From assembly GCA_964391355.1 (NCBI GenBank), contig CAYMJY010000001.1, forward strand, positions 4,340 to 68,339: a stretch of 64,000 nt of DNA, written 5' to 3'. The stretch is from an uncultured Dehalococcoidia bacterium. Lineage in GTDB: Bacteria > Chloroflexota > Dehalococcoidia > Lucifugimonadales > Australimonadaceae. How positions within the stretch are numbered: position 1 is the first letter of the stretch; each line of letters starts with the position of its first letter. The translations under genes and the position numbers were made by a program. Below, piece by piece: positions 19,800 to 27,005 of this stretch. Under the pieces are notes generated by a model that saw only the letters and a list, made by a program, of their open reading frames with translations, had not been told where the DNA came from and did no database searches.

Positions 19800-20813
19800 C
19801 TATTTTGATGATTTTTGCATTATGAATTCGTTCGTATACAAGCTTTTGAAGTCCCATTCTGATGAGGCCTGACCAGAATCTGGTAACAAGTCATTATTCT
19901 CCATCCACTCAGCGAACCTTTGCCATTTTATGTCAGATTGCCACCCGAATATCATGTTCTCGCTTAACCAGTATGGCGTTAAGAGTTTAATCCCACGGCG
20001 TTCAGTATCTATGTCTGTTTCCGGGACTAGACGAGACAATACGTTAATGGCTTCTTGTGGGTCATTTAGTGAATCTTGATAACCTTTTGACATAGCATTA
20101 ATAAACTTTTGCACCACATCCTTAGATTCTTTGACATTCTTTTGGCTTGTAACCAGCACGATTTCATAAAAATCTGGAACTCCCCAGTCTTCCATTTTTA
20201 TAACATTAACCGGAAAGCCTTGATTTGCCGCTGCAATCGATTCAGCAACCCAATAGGCCCCAATAATTGCGTCGACTTGCTTGCTGATCAGTGCAGGCAC
20301 TAAGTCAAACCCTACGTTGACTAGCTCTACATCATTGAGTTCAATACCATCGGCCTTGAGCATCGTTTCAAGTAGTGGAGCATCAGATGGAACCCCATAT
20401 GCGCCGATAGTTTTCCCTTTAAGTTCTGATGGTCTAGTAATGCCAGATGATTCCAGAGTCATTATTGAATTTAAAGGATGCTGGACCAGAGCAGCTACAG
20501 ATGTAATTGGAACACCAGCCCGACCTGCTATCAAAACTTCACTTTGATAACTTAGCCCAAAGTCATCTTCACCAGAACCAACTGACATCAAGGTAGTTGC
20601 TGGGTCATTTGGCACATAAATCTCTACGTCTAGACCTTGTTCACTGAAATACCCTCGATCAAGGGCCATATACAATCCGCTATGGTTAGACCAAGGAATC
20701 CAGTCCAAGGCTAATCTAACTTTAGTATTTTCCTCTTCTCCAGCTCGACAAGCACTAGCGAATACCGATAGTACAATCATTAATACTAATCCCATTGAAA
20801 AAATTTTATGCAT
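19800..20813 (-). CDS. ABC transporter substrate-binding protein, NMT1/THI5-like (ThiY-like; candidate HMP/thiamine-precursor binding)
   Basis: 337-aa ORF with a signal peptide and the LDWIPWSNHSGLYMALDRGYFSEQGLDVEIY motif of NMT1/THI5-like binding proteins. Last gene of an operon headed by a TPP riboswitch. Confidence 0.8.
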   Translation of the reverse strand: MHKIFSMGLVLMIVLSVFASACRAGEEENTKVRLALDWIPWSNHSGLYMALDRGYFSEQGLDVEIYVPNDPATTLMSVGSGEDDFGLSYQSEVLIAGRAGVPITSVAALVQHPLNSIMTLESSGITRPSELKGKTIGAYGVPSDAPLLETMLKADGIELNDVELVNVGFDLVPALISKQVDAIIGAYWVAESIAAANQGFPVNVIKMEDWGVPDFYEIVLVTSQKNVKESKDVVQKFINAMSKGYQDSLNDPQEAINVLSRLVPETDIDTERRGIKLLTPYWLSENMIFGWQSDIKWQRFAEWMENNDLLPDSGQASSEWDFKSLYTNEFIMQKSSK

Positions 20814-20832
20814 ACTGGCCCTTCCGTTTGTT

Positions 20833-21624
20833 TTAACTTTCTCTATTGAAACCTATTTCTGAGATTTGCTTCCATTTAAGTAATTTGAGTTCGATTAGTG
20901 AAATAAATAAGAAGAAACTTGTACCCATCAAAGCAAGAACCAAAACCGCTGCAAAAGAACGCGCTGTTAGAAATAACGGAACGGATACTCTTGTTAAATA
21001 TCCCAAACCTTCACTTGAGCCGATCCATTCTCCTACGACCGCTCCTATTACGCAGAAAGTAGCAGAAATTTTCATGCCGGAAAAGACGGATGGGAGTGAC
21101 GCGGGTAGTCGGACTTTGATGAAAATCTGAAAAGGATTTGCTCCTGTAGTCAACATTACCCTGATGATGTCTCTGTCCACAGACCGTAATCCATCTACTG
21201 TTGAGACTACAATTGGGAAAAAAGTGAGCAAGACCACTGTTACTACCTTGGGGGTAACCCCGTACCCAATCCAAATTAGCAATAAAGGTGCTATTACAAT
21301 TGTGGGAATTGTCTGAGAAGCTATTATGATGGGGTAAATCGCTCTACGTAGGAGCGGAGATATACTTATAACCAAAGCTAGAGTCGTACCTAGCATTAAC
21401 GCTATTAGAAACCCAACTATCGCTTCAAATGCGGTGACTTTTGTGTGAGTGAGGAATAATGGATAGTTATTTAACAATTCAGACAAGATGGCACTTGGTG
21501 CTGGCAATTTCCACTCAGGGATATCTAGGTAACGAACACAAAGTTCCCAAAAGAAAATGAGTATTGCAAGTAGCATTACCGACAGCCCATAAAATTTAAA
21601 TAATCGATCAATTAGTTTAAGCAT
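20833..21624 (-). CDS. ABC transporter permease (nitrate/sulfonate/bicarbonate-type, ThiX-like)
   Basis: 263-aa protein with about six predicted TM helices. Adjacent to the ATPase with a 0-nt gap. Confidence 0.85.
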   Translation of the reverse strand: MLKLIDRLFKFYGLSVMLLAILIFFWELCVRYLDIPEWKLPAPSAILSELLNNYPLFLTHTKVTAFEAIVGFLIALMLGTTLALVISISPLLRRAIYPIIIASQTIPTIVIAPLLLIWIGYGVTPKVVTVVLLTFFPIVVSTVDGLRSVDRDIIRVMLTTGANPFQIFIKVRLPASLPSVFSGMKISATFCVIGAVVGEWIGSSEGLGYLTRVSVPLFLTARSFAAVLVLALMGTSFFLFISLIELKLLKWKQISEIGFNRES

Positions 21625-22422
21625 CTAGGTTCCCTTATTCTCACCAAGCAAGCTAGATGGTTTTAATTGATCCAATAATTCAGTTTTAAGCTTTATATAG
21701 GCAGGATCCTTAAAAGCATCGTATGTTCTTGGTCGGTCTAAAGTCACATCCAAAGATTTGACAATATGGCCTGGGCGAGGACTCAAGATGTATATTTTGT
21801 CAGATAAAATTATCGCCTCATCTATATCATGAGTTACTAGGACTATGGTCTTTTTATAATCACTCCACAGTCTATTTAGAATTGCTTGCATTTCACCTCG
21901 TGTAAGCGCATCTAATGCACCAAAGGGTTCATCTAAAAGCAATAACTGAGTCTCAGTCATAATAGTCCTTAAAAGCGCAACTCTTTGGCGCATCCCTCCA
22001 GAAAGGCGGGCAGGTAGGAAATGCGCGAATCCAGCTAATCCGAAATCTTCAAGGTGGCTCAGGATAGTTTTGCGAGCATCTCTTCGCTTAACACCTTTGA
22101 TCTCAAGAGGAAGAGCTGCATTGTCCAGAACTGACCTCCAAGGCAATAAAGAATCACTTTGTGGCATGTAGGCGATTTGTCCCAATCGATGGTTATGATT
22201 TCCGGTTGGTATTACTAAATGACCAGAAGTGGGCTCTTCTAGTCCAGCTAATATGTTGAGGAGCGTACTCTTACCACTTGCACTTGGACCAATGATGCTT
22301 ACGAATTCATTAGCTTTTATGTTTAGGTTGATTTGAGATAAAACTGTAGTGACCCGACCTTCATTGGCGTAATCTTTACAAAGGTCAACAACTTCAATTG
22401 CGCTATTGTTTAAGGTACCCAA
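21625..22422 (-). CDS. ABC transporter ATP-binding protein (ThiZ-like)
   Basis: Walker A GPSASGKST, signature LSGGMRQRVAL, Walker B LLLDEPFGALD. TTG start at 22422, preceded by GGTGAGGA. Confidence 0.9.
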   Translation of the reverse strand: MGTLNNSAIEVVDLCKDYANEGRVTTVLSQINLNIKANEFVSIIGPSASGKSTLLNILAGLEEPTSGHLVIPTGNHNHRLGQIAYMPQSDSLLPWRSVLDNAALPLEIKGVKRRDARKTILSHLEDFGLAGFAHFLPARLSGGMRQRVALLRTIMTETQLLLLDEPFGALDALTRGEMQAILNRLWSDYKKTIVLVTHDIDEAIILSDKIYILSPRPGHIVKSLDVTLDRPRTYDAFKDPAYIKLKTELLDQLKPSSLLGENKGT

Positions 22423-22485
22423 ATGTTCCTCACCAGCAACCGAGGATGGATAACGACTGCGCTTACAAGCTAATTTGGCGCTTGC

Positions 22486-22577
22486 GCGATGATCCCTACG
22501 CTGGTTTTAACCAGATCAGGTTCAAAGGGTCGCTTCATTGTTGAAGCCTCTCAGCCGTACCCCTGGCTCCCCATCGC
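22486..22577 (-). promoter_or_regulatory. TPP (THI-element) riboswitch aptamer
   Basis: The minus strand reads GCGATGGGGAGCCAGGGGTACGGCTGAGAGGCTTCAACAATGAAGCGACCCTTTGAACCTGATCTGGTTAAAACCAGCGTAGGGATCATCGC. It contains the conserved CUGAGA box and the ACCCUUUGAACCUGAUCUGG-N-CCAGCGUAGGGA thi-box. A closing P1 helix pairs GCGAUG with CAUCGC. Downstream, UCCUC can pair with the GAGGA Shine-Dalgarno of the ATPase gene. Confidence 0.85.
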
Positions 22578-22600
22578 TACTATTCACTATAATTACAACG

Positions 22601-22629
22601 ATAGTATGTTAGCTATTAATGCCCGTCAA
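22601..22629 (-). promoter_or_regulatory. candidate sigma70-type promoter for the riboswitch/ABC operon
   Basis: The minus strand reads TTGACG (22629-22624), a 17-nt spacer, then TACTAT (22606-22601). It sits about 25 nt upstream of the riboswitch P1. Confidence 0.45.
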
Positions 22630-22750
22630 TTGTCGAAAATAGCTGGAAATGGACATGTTTTTTGGATAATAATCACAGAAAGGTACCCAATCCGCACTAT
22701 GGAGTCTATGGACAACCTAATTCTTGTGCTATTATCTCCATCTGGATCCG

Positions 22751-22780
22751 GCTTTAGCTGGCTTTGGTTTGCTTTAGTTT
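22751..22780. repeat. three tandem 10-bp direct repeats (GCTTTRGNNN)
   Basis: gctttagctg / gctttggttt / gctttagttt are exactly contiguous, about 90 bp upstream of the 22871 gene. Confidence 0.7.
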
Positions 22781-22870
22781 GACCAGATTTTCGGCAGCCT
22801 AATTAGCCGAAGTTATAAACGAGGAACCCCGCCGACTTGTAGGCATACTGGAGAGGGGCAGGAGCGCATT

Positions 22871-23842
22871 TTGATGGTTCGAACCTTTTCTACTGGAATA
22901 ATTCTTTCTTTGGTTGTGGTGCTAACGCTATTCGTTAGTTCTGCTATGGCACAGACAAAACTTGGAGGTTCAGTAACTTTCCGAGATGATGGTGCCAACG
23001 CTGGTGCCAAATTGGTAACGTCTTTGACGGGCTTGCAAACAGGAATTGCATATGAAGGGCAACTTTGGTCAGCAGATGGGCAAAGTTCGGTTAATGTTGG
23101 TGCCCTTACAATAGCGGTCGATGGATCTGCTAGTAACACTTATGTTGACCCTGATGGTGCGAGTTTGCAGGGCAAGTATGATCACTATGTGATAATTGAT
23201 CCAAGCGGAACTATCGTTTACGCGGACTCAATTCCGTCTGTATCTTCATCAAGCATTAATAGCGTAATGACTACAGACGCACTTGGCCTTCGAGATAATG
23301 TATCAGCAGCCTTGGCATTTGCTGAAGCCGCTGATGCTGCTACTACATTAAGCGACCAACAGTCTGCTGCTAATGATGTTTTGGGAGTTATTGCTTCGAT
23401 AGTAGCGCACGCTGATAGTGTTATTGCAGCCGCTGATGAAATTAATCTTTCAGCTGCTGCTGAACTTGATGTAGCTGCTGCAGCAAAGAACGCTAGTTCA
23501 AATGCTGCTGACGCAAAAACTGGTGCATTACAAGCCCAGGCTAACGCGAATACCTTAATTGCTGCCACGGGCGTTTCTGACTATGGTACAAAAATTCAGG
23601 TACAGAATATGAAGGTAGGCTTATCGAACGCTGATGCATCAGCCAAATTAGCTTACACGGATGCACAGAACATGGCTGCATTTATCCCAGTACTTGGGGC
23701 GTCACCTGTCTTTGTGGCTGCTGCGCCAGAGGTTGGTGATGGCATGGTTCCCTTGGTAGCTTGGATGGCAATGGCATTAGGTCTGGTTTTTGTTGCTACC
23801 AGCGGCTTTCTGATTTCTCGCAAGCGTGCATTAGTCAGCTAG
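22871..23842 (+). CDS. alanine-rich secreted protein with a C-terminal membrane anchor (unknown function)
   Basis: Signal peptide MMVRTFSTGIILSLVVVLTLFVSSAMA|QT, then a ~110-aa beta-rich region and a ~150-aa Ala/Ser/Asp-rich region. The C-terminus is AAAPEVGDG, a hydrophobic helix, then SRKRALVS. AGGAGC Shine-Dalgarno upstream. The start is TTG 22871 or ATG 22874. Confidence 0.65.
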   Translation: MMVRTFSTGIILSLVVVLTLFVSSAMAQTKLGGSVTFRDDGANAGAKLVTSLTGLQTGIAYEGQLWSADGQSSVNVGALTIAVDGSASNTYVDPDGASLQGKYDHYVIIDPSGTIVYADSIPSVSSSSINSVMTTDALGLRDNVSAALAFAEAADAATTLSDQQSAANDVLGVIASIVAHADSVIAAADEINLSAAAELDVAAAAKNASSNAADAKTGALQAQANANTLIAATGVSDYGTKIQVQNMKVGLSNADASAKLAYTDAQNMAAFIPVLGASPVFVAAAPEVGDGMVPLVAWMAMALGLVFVATSGFLISRKRALVS

Positions 23843-23851
23843 TAAAACTTC

Positions 23852-23906
23852 TGAATAACAAAAGAATTAGGCCCCGCACTGCGGGGCCTAATTCTTTTGT
23901 TATTCA
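23852..23906. terminator. bidirectional intrinsic terminator (26-bp perfect inverted repeat, 3-nt loop)
   Basis: tgaataacaaaagaattaggccccgc-act-gcggggcctaattcttttgttattca. GC-rich core flanked by an A-tract and a T-tract, 10 nt after the stop codon. Confidence 0.8.
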
Positions 23907-23927
23907 ATTTAAGTAATGAGCTCATAC

Positions 23928-24187
23928 CTATGGCACAAAATTCAGATTCAAAATATACAAATAGGCTTATCGAACGATGAGCCCAGCGAAGTTAGCTTAC
24001 GGTAATGCCAAGACATGGCAGTATTTATTCCAGTACTTGGGGTGCCACTTGTCTTTGTGGCTGCAGCGCCGGAGGTTGAGTACATGGTTCCCTTAATAAC
24101 TTGGATGCAATGGACTTAGGTTTGATTTTCGTCGCTACAAGCGGCTTCTAATTTCTCGCAAGCGAGCACTAGGCGTTATTAAAACTT
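23928..24187 (+). pseudogene. decayed copy of the 3' end of the 22871-23842 gene
   Basis: In the parental frame it translates to ...IPVLGVPLVFVAAAPEVEYMVPLITWMQWT*. A premature stop follows a 1-nt deletion, and there are earlier frame breaks (ttc aga ttc aaa ata tac aaa tag). No start codon and no 5' part. Confidence 0.7.
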
Positions 24188-24242
24188 CTGAATACAAAAG
24201 AATTAGGCCCCGCACTGCGGGGCCTAATTCTTTTGTATTCAG
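24188..24242. terminator. second copy of the 26-bp palindromic terminator
   Basis: ctgaatacaaaagaattaggccccgc-act-gcggggcctaattcttttgtattcag. It lies 15 nt from the stop of the convergent korB-like gene, so it can terminate that minus-strand operon. Confidence 0.8.
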
Positions 24243-24256
24243 TTTACAATGATGAT

Positions 24257-25168
24257 CTACATCAATGCATTTATAATCTTGGATCCTTGATCCTCTGTTA
24301 GTGACCCTGCTCTCCCACTAAGGGGGCCATCGTCACGCAGCACGGGTTCTTGTTGCTCTAAAGTCAAAGCACCTTCCCGCTGATAGAACACTCCCGTGTA
24401 AATTTTATCTCCCCACTGCATTGCGGACTCACAAGCTGCTTTCCAATCACTGGTGTCATGACCTTCTTCCTCGAGCTTGTGCACCCTTTGTTTAAAGAAA
24501 GAATGATCGTTATCGTGGTTGAAAGTCACGCATGGGCTAAGTATATCTATCAAGGAAAAGCCTGTATGGCTAATCGCTTGTTTCATGATATCTGACAGAT
24601 GGCGTGGATCTCCACTGTATCCGCGAGCCACAAAAGTAGCACCGTTCATTATTGCGGAAGTTAACGGATTTAATGGTGTTTCTACACTACCAAACGGAGT
24701 ACTTTTAGTTCTCATACCAACACTACTAGTTGGTGAAATTTGGCCAGTTGTGAGTCCATAAATTTGATTGTTCATGACTAAGTAAGTGATATCTATATTG
24801 CGTCTTGCGGTATGAGTGAAATGGTTTCCTCCAATACCGTAACCATCTCCATCACCACCAGTAACAATAACAGTTAATTCATGGTTTGCTAACTTTGCAC
24901 CTGCAGCAACAGCCAGAGAACGTCCGTGCAATGTGTGCATGCCGTAGGAATTAAAATAACCTGGGAAATTCGATGAGCACCCAATACCACTCACAGTGAG
25001 AATAGAATGAGGACTTATATTCATTTCAGCGCATGACCTTTGCAGGGCATTTAGAACTCCAAAGTCACCGCAGCCAGCGCACCAGTCTGGATCAGCGAGA
25101 CCCTTAAAGTCTTTAGGAGTAAGTTGTATGGGTGACGACCCTCCCGAAAATTCTTTTGTGATTGTCAT
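24257..25168 (-). CDS. korB: 2-oxoacid:ferredoxin (acceptor) oxidoreductase, beta subunit (TPP-binding)
   Basis: 303-aa ORF with WCAGCGDFGVL, VSGIGCSS and the GGDGDGYGIGGNH TPP-binding motif. Substrate (2-oxoglutarate or another 2-oxoacid) not determinable. Confidence 0.85.
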   Translation of the reverse strand: MTITKEFSGGSSPIQLTPKDFKGLADPDWCAGCGDFGVLNALQRSCAEMNISPHSILTVSGIGCSSNFPGYFNSYGMHTLHGRSLAVAAGAKLANHELTVIVTGGDGDGYGIGGNHFTHTARRNIDITYLVMNNQIYGLTTGQISPTSSVGMRTKSTPFGSVETPLNPLTSAIMNGATFVARGYSGDPRHLSDIMKQAISHTGFSLIDILSPCVTFNHDNDHSFFKQRVHKLEEEGHDTSDWKAACESAMQWGDKIYTGVFYQREGALTLEQQEPVLRDDGPLSGRAGSLTEDQGSKIINALM

Positions 25169-25181
25169 TTGAATGACCTCC

Positions 25182-26969
25182 TTAAACCATTATTTCCTGA
25201 TAAGGAATACTTATTGTTGTATTCCCTTCCAACTGTTCCATCACTGCTTCGACAATATGATGAGGCGCAAATGGTTCGCCATCATACTTTCTGATATGCC
25301 CATCTGCAGAAATTCCTGTTTCACTTCTTAAGTATCTTGCAAATTGCCCAGAGTAATTATTCTCAACAATGATTGTTCGTTTGGAAGCAGTAAATACTTC
25401 TTCTATAACTTTTCCGTGTAACGGCACAATCCACTTAATGGGTAAATGATTAACTGTTATTCCATTTTGTTGAAGTATTGGAATTGCATCTTTAATGACG
25501 TTATAAGTAGAGCCCCACCCGACTAAGGTTACTTCAGCATCAGTCTGACCTTCCAAGGACGGAGGAGCCACTTGGCTCTCAACGTTGCTGAGTTTTCTTG
25601 CCCGCTTTTCGACCATTTTCCTTCGTTTATGAGGATCTGTGAATTCATCACTAATTAGCAAGGAATTCTCGTCATGTTCATCAGTTGCGACAACATGTAT
25701 ATGGCCTTGGATTCCGGGTAAGGCTCTTGGTGAAACCCCTGATTCTGTGGACTCGTACCTTTTGTAGTTCTGTTCCGTAGATCCTTCAGTAATTAGTTCA
25801 CCCCTATCAATTGTTGGGTAAACGTCTATTAAATCTGGGTCCACCGTGCTTGTGCCTTCAGAAATGAGTAAGTCGGTTAGAACAATGCCTGGGCATTGCA
25901 ACTTATCAGTCAGATTAAATAATTCAGGCATAGTATTAAACGCATCAAGTGAATTAAAAGGAGCTACAACAATTCTTTCAAAATCGCCTTGGCTTGCACC
26001 AAGTGCTTGCCACAAATCACCCTGTTCAGTTTTAGTAGGTACTCCTGTCGACGGCCCTGCCCGTTGAACGTTGATGAATATTGCGGGAACCTCCATCATT
26101 CCAGCCATACCAATAGCCTCTGTCATCAAGGCGAAACCACCTCCAGAAGTAGCGCACATTGACCTTACACCGGCATGAGCAGCACCTATCACTGTATTTG
26201 CTACGGCTATTTCGTCTTCCATTTGCCTAACCATTATGCCTAATCCGCGAGCGTTTTGAGCCATCCAGTGCAATACGCCCGTAGACGGGCTCATGGGGTA
26301 AGCTGCGTAAAACTTCACACCAGCTGCTGCACCACCCATTGCGAGAGCTTGATTGCCTGTCCAAACAGCCAGGGGCTTTCCACCCTGAGGTGCAGGCATT
26401 GGGAATGGTGTGAAGTTTTCTACTGCATGTTGATATCCAGCACGAGCAACGTTTACGTTCTCTTCAACAACAAGCTCACCTTGGCGTGCAAAACGCTGCC
26501 TGGTGCTTTCTTCAAGTATGCTGAAATCAAGCCCAGCTAGGTGCATAAAAGCTCCTAAAGCTACAGTGTTTTGAACTAGTCGATTTCTTGAATTATCTGT
26601 CAATTCAGCAATAGGTAAACCGCAAAGCTCCACGCCTGACTCGGGCGTCCCAGGTGTAATGGCATCAGAGTTATACAGCACCCTTGATCCTGAGCCCATC
26701 AGGCTCAAGTGCCGGTCCATAGTATCTTGATTTAAACATAAAAGCAGATCTAATTTGTCTCCATGGCTATTTGAAAAATCATCCCTAGCACGAATGGTGA
26801 GAAAAATATGTCCGCCTCTAACAATAGATTGGAATGCATTGTAGGCATTGATGTGTAAGCCTTGGCGTGCCAACATTTGAACAACAATGTTGCCTGGTGT
26901 TGCTATTCCCTGACCGGCGGCACCACCGATTGCTATTGAAAAATCATACCTTTCTGAACTCATACTCAT
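25182..26969 (-). CDS. korA: 2-oxoacid:ferredoxin (acceptor) oxidoreductase, fused gamma/alpha subunit
   Basis: 595-aa ORF. The N-terminus (IGGAAGQGIATPGNIVVQMLARQGL) is the gamma-type domain. It is followed by the alpha pyrimidine-binding domain (GNQALAMGGAAAGVKFYAAYPMSPST). Confidence 0.85.
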   Translation of the reverse strand: MSMSSERYDFSIAIGGAAGQGIATPGNIVVQMLARQGLHINAYNAFQSIVRGGHIFLTIRARDDFSNSHGDKLDLLLCLNQDTMDRHLSLMGSGSRVLYNSDAITPGTPESGVELCGLPIAELTDNSRNRLVQNTVALGAFMHLAGLDFSILEESTRQRFARQGELVVEENVNVARAGYQHAVENFTPFPMPAPQGGKPLAVWTGNQALAMGGAAAGVKFYAAYPMSPSTGVLHWMAQNARGLGIMVRQMEDEIAVANTVIGAAHAGVRSMCATSGGGFALMTEAIGMAGMMEVPAIFINVQRAGPSTGVPTKTEQGDLWQALGASQGDFERIVVAPFNSLDAFNTMPELFNLTDKLQCPGIVLTDLLISEGTSTVDPDLIDVYPTIDRGELITEGSTEQNYKRYESTESGVSPRALPGIQGHIHVVATDEHDENSLLISDEFTDPHKRRKMVEKRARKLSNVESQVAPPSLEGQTDAEVTLVGWGSTYNVIKDAIPILQQNGITVNHLPIKWIVPLHGKVIEEVFTASKRTIIVENNYSGQFARYLRSETGISADGHIRKYDGEPFAPHHIVEAVMEQLEGNTTISIPYQEIMV

Positions 26970-27005
26970 CTCCTAATTCCTGTATCAAACGGCTTGATTA
27001 GCATT

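Larger units (their letters stand above)
23581..24242. repeat. tandem duplication (2 copies of about 320 bp) of a gene 3' end plus its terminator
   Basis: Copy A (23581-23906) is the last ~260 nt of the 22871 CDS plus its terminator. Copy B (23928-24242) aligns along its whole length, with many substitutions and several 1-3 nt indels. Confidence 0.85.

Noticed and set aside
22489-22782. 97-aa plus-strand ORF in the track
   Set aside because: Its 5' third lies on the reverse complement of the TPP riboswitch aptamer and its promoter. The rest is AT-rich intergenic DNA with no Shine-Dalgarno and no family resemblance. It is a shadow ORF.
23581-24242. The gene-tail repeat as a diversity-generating retroelement (VR/TR pair)
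   Set aside because: The differences between the copies include indels and substitutions at all four bases rather than adenine-specific changes. No reverse transcriptase or avd-like gene lies nearby. Copy B is frame-broken.
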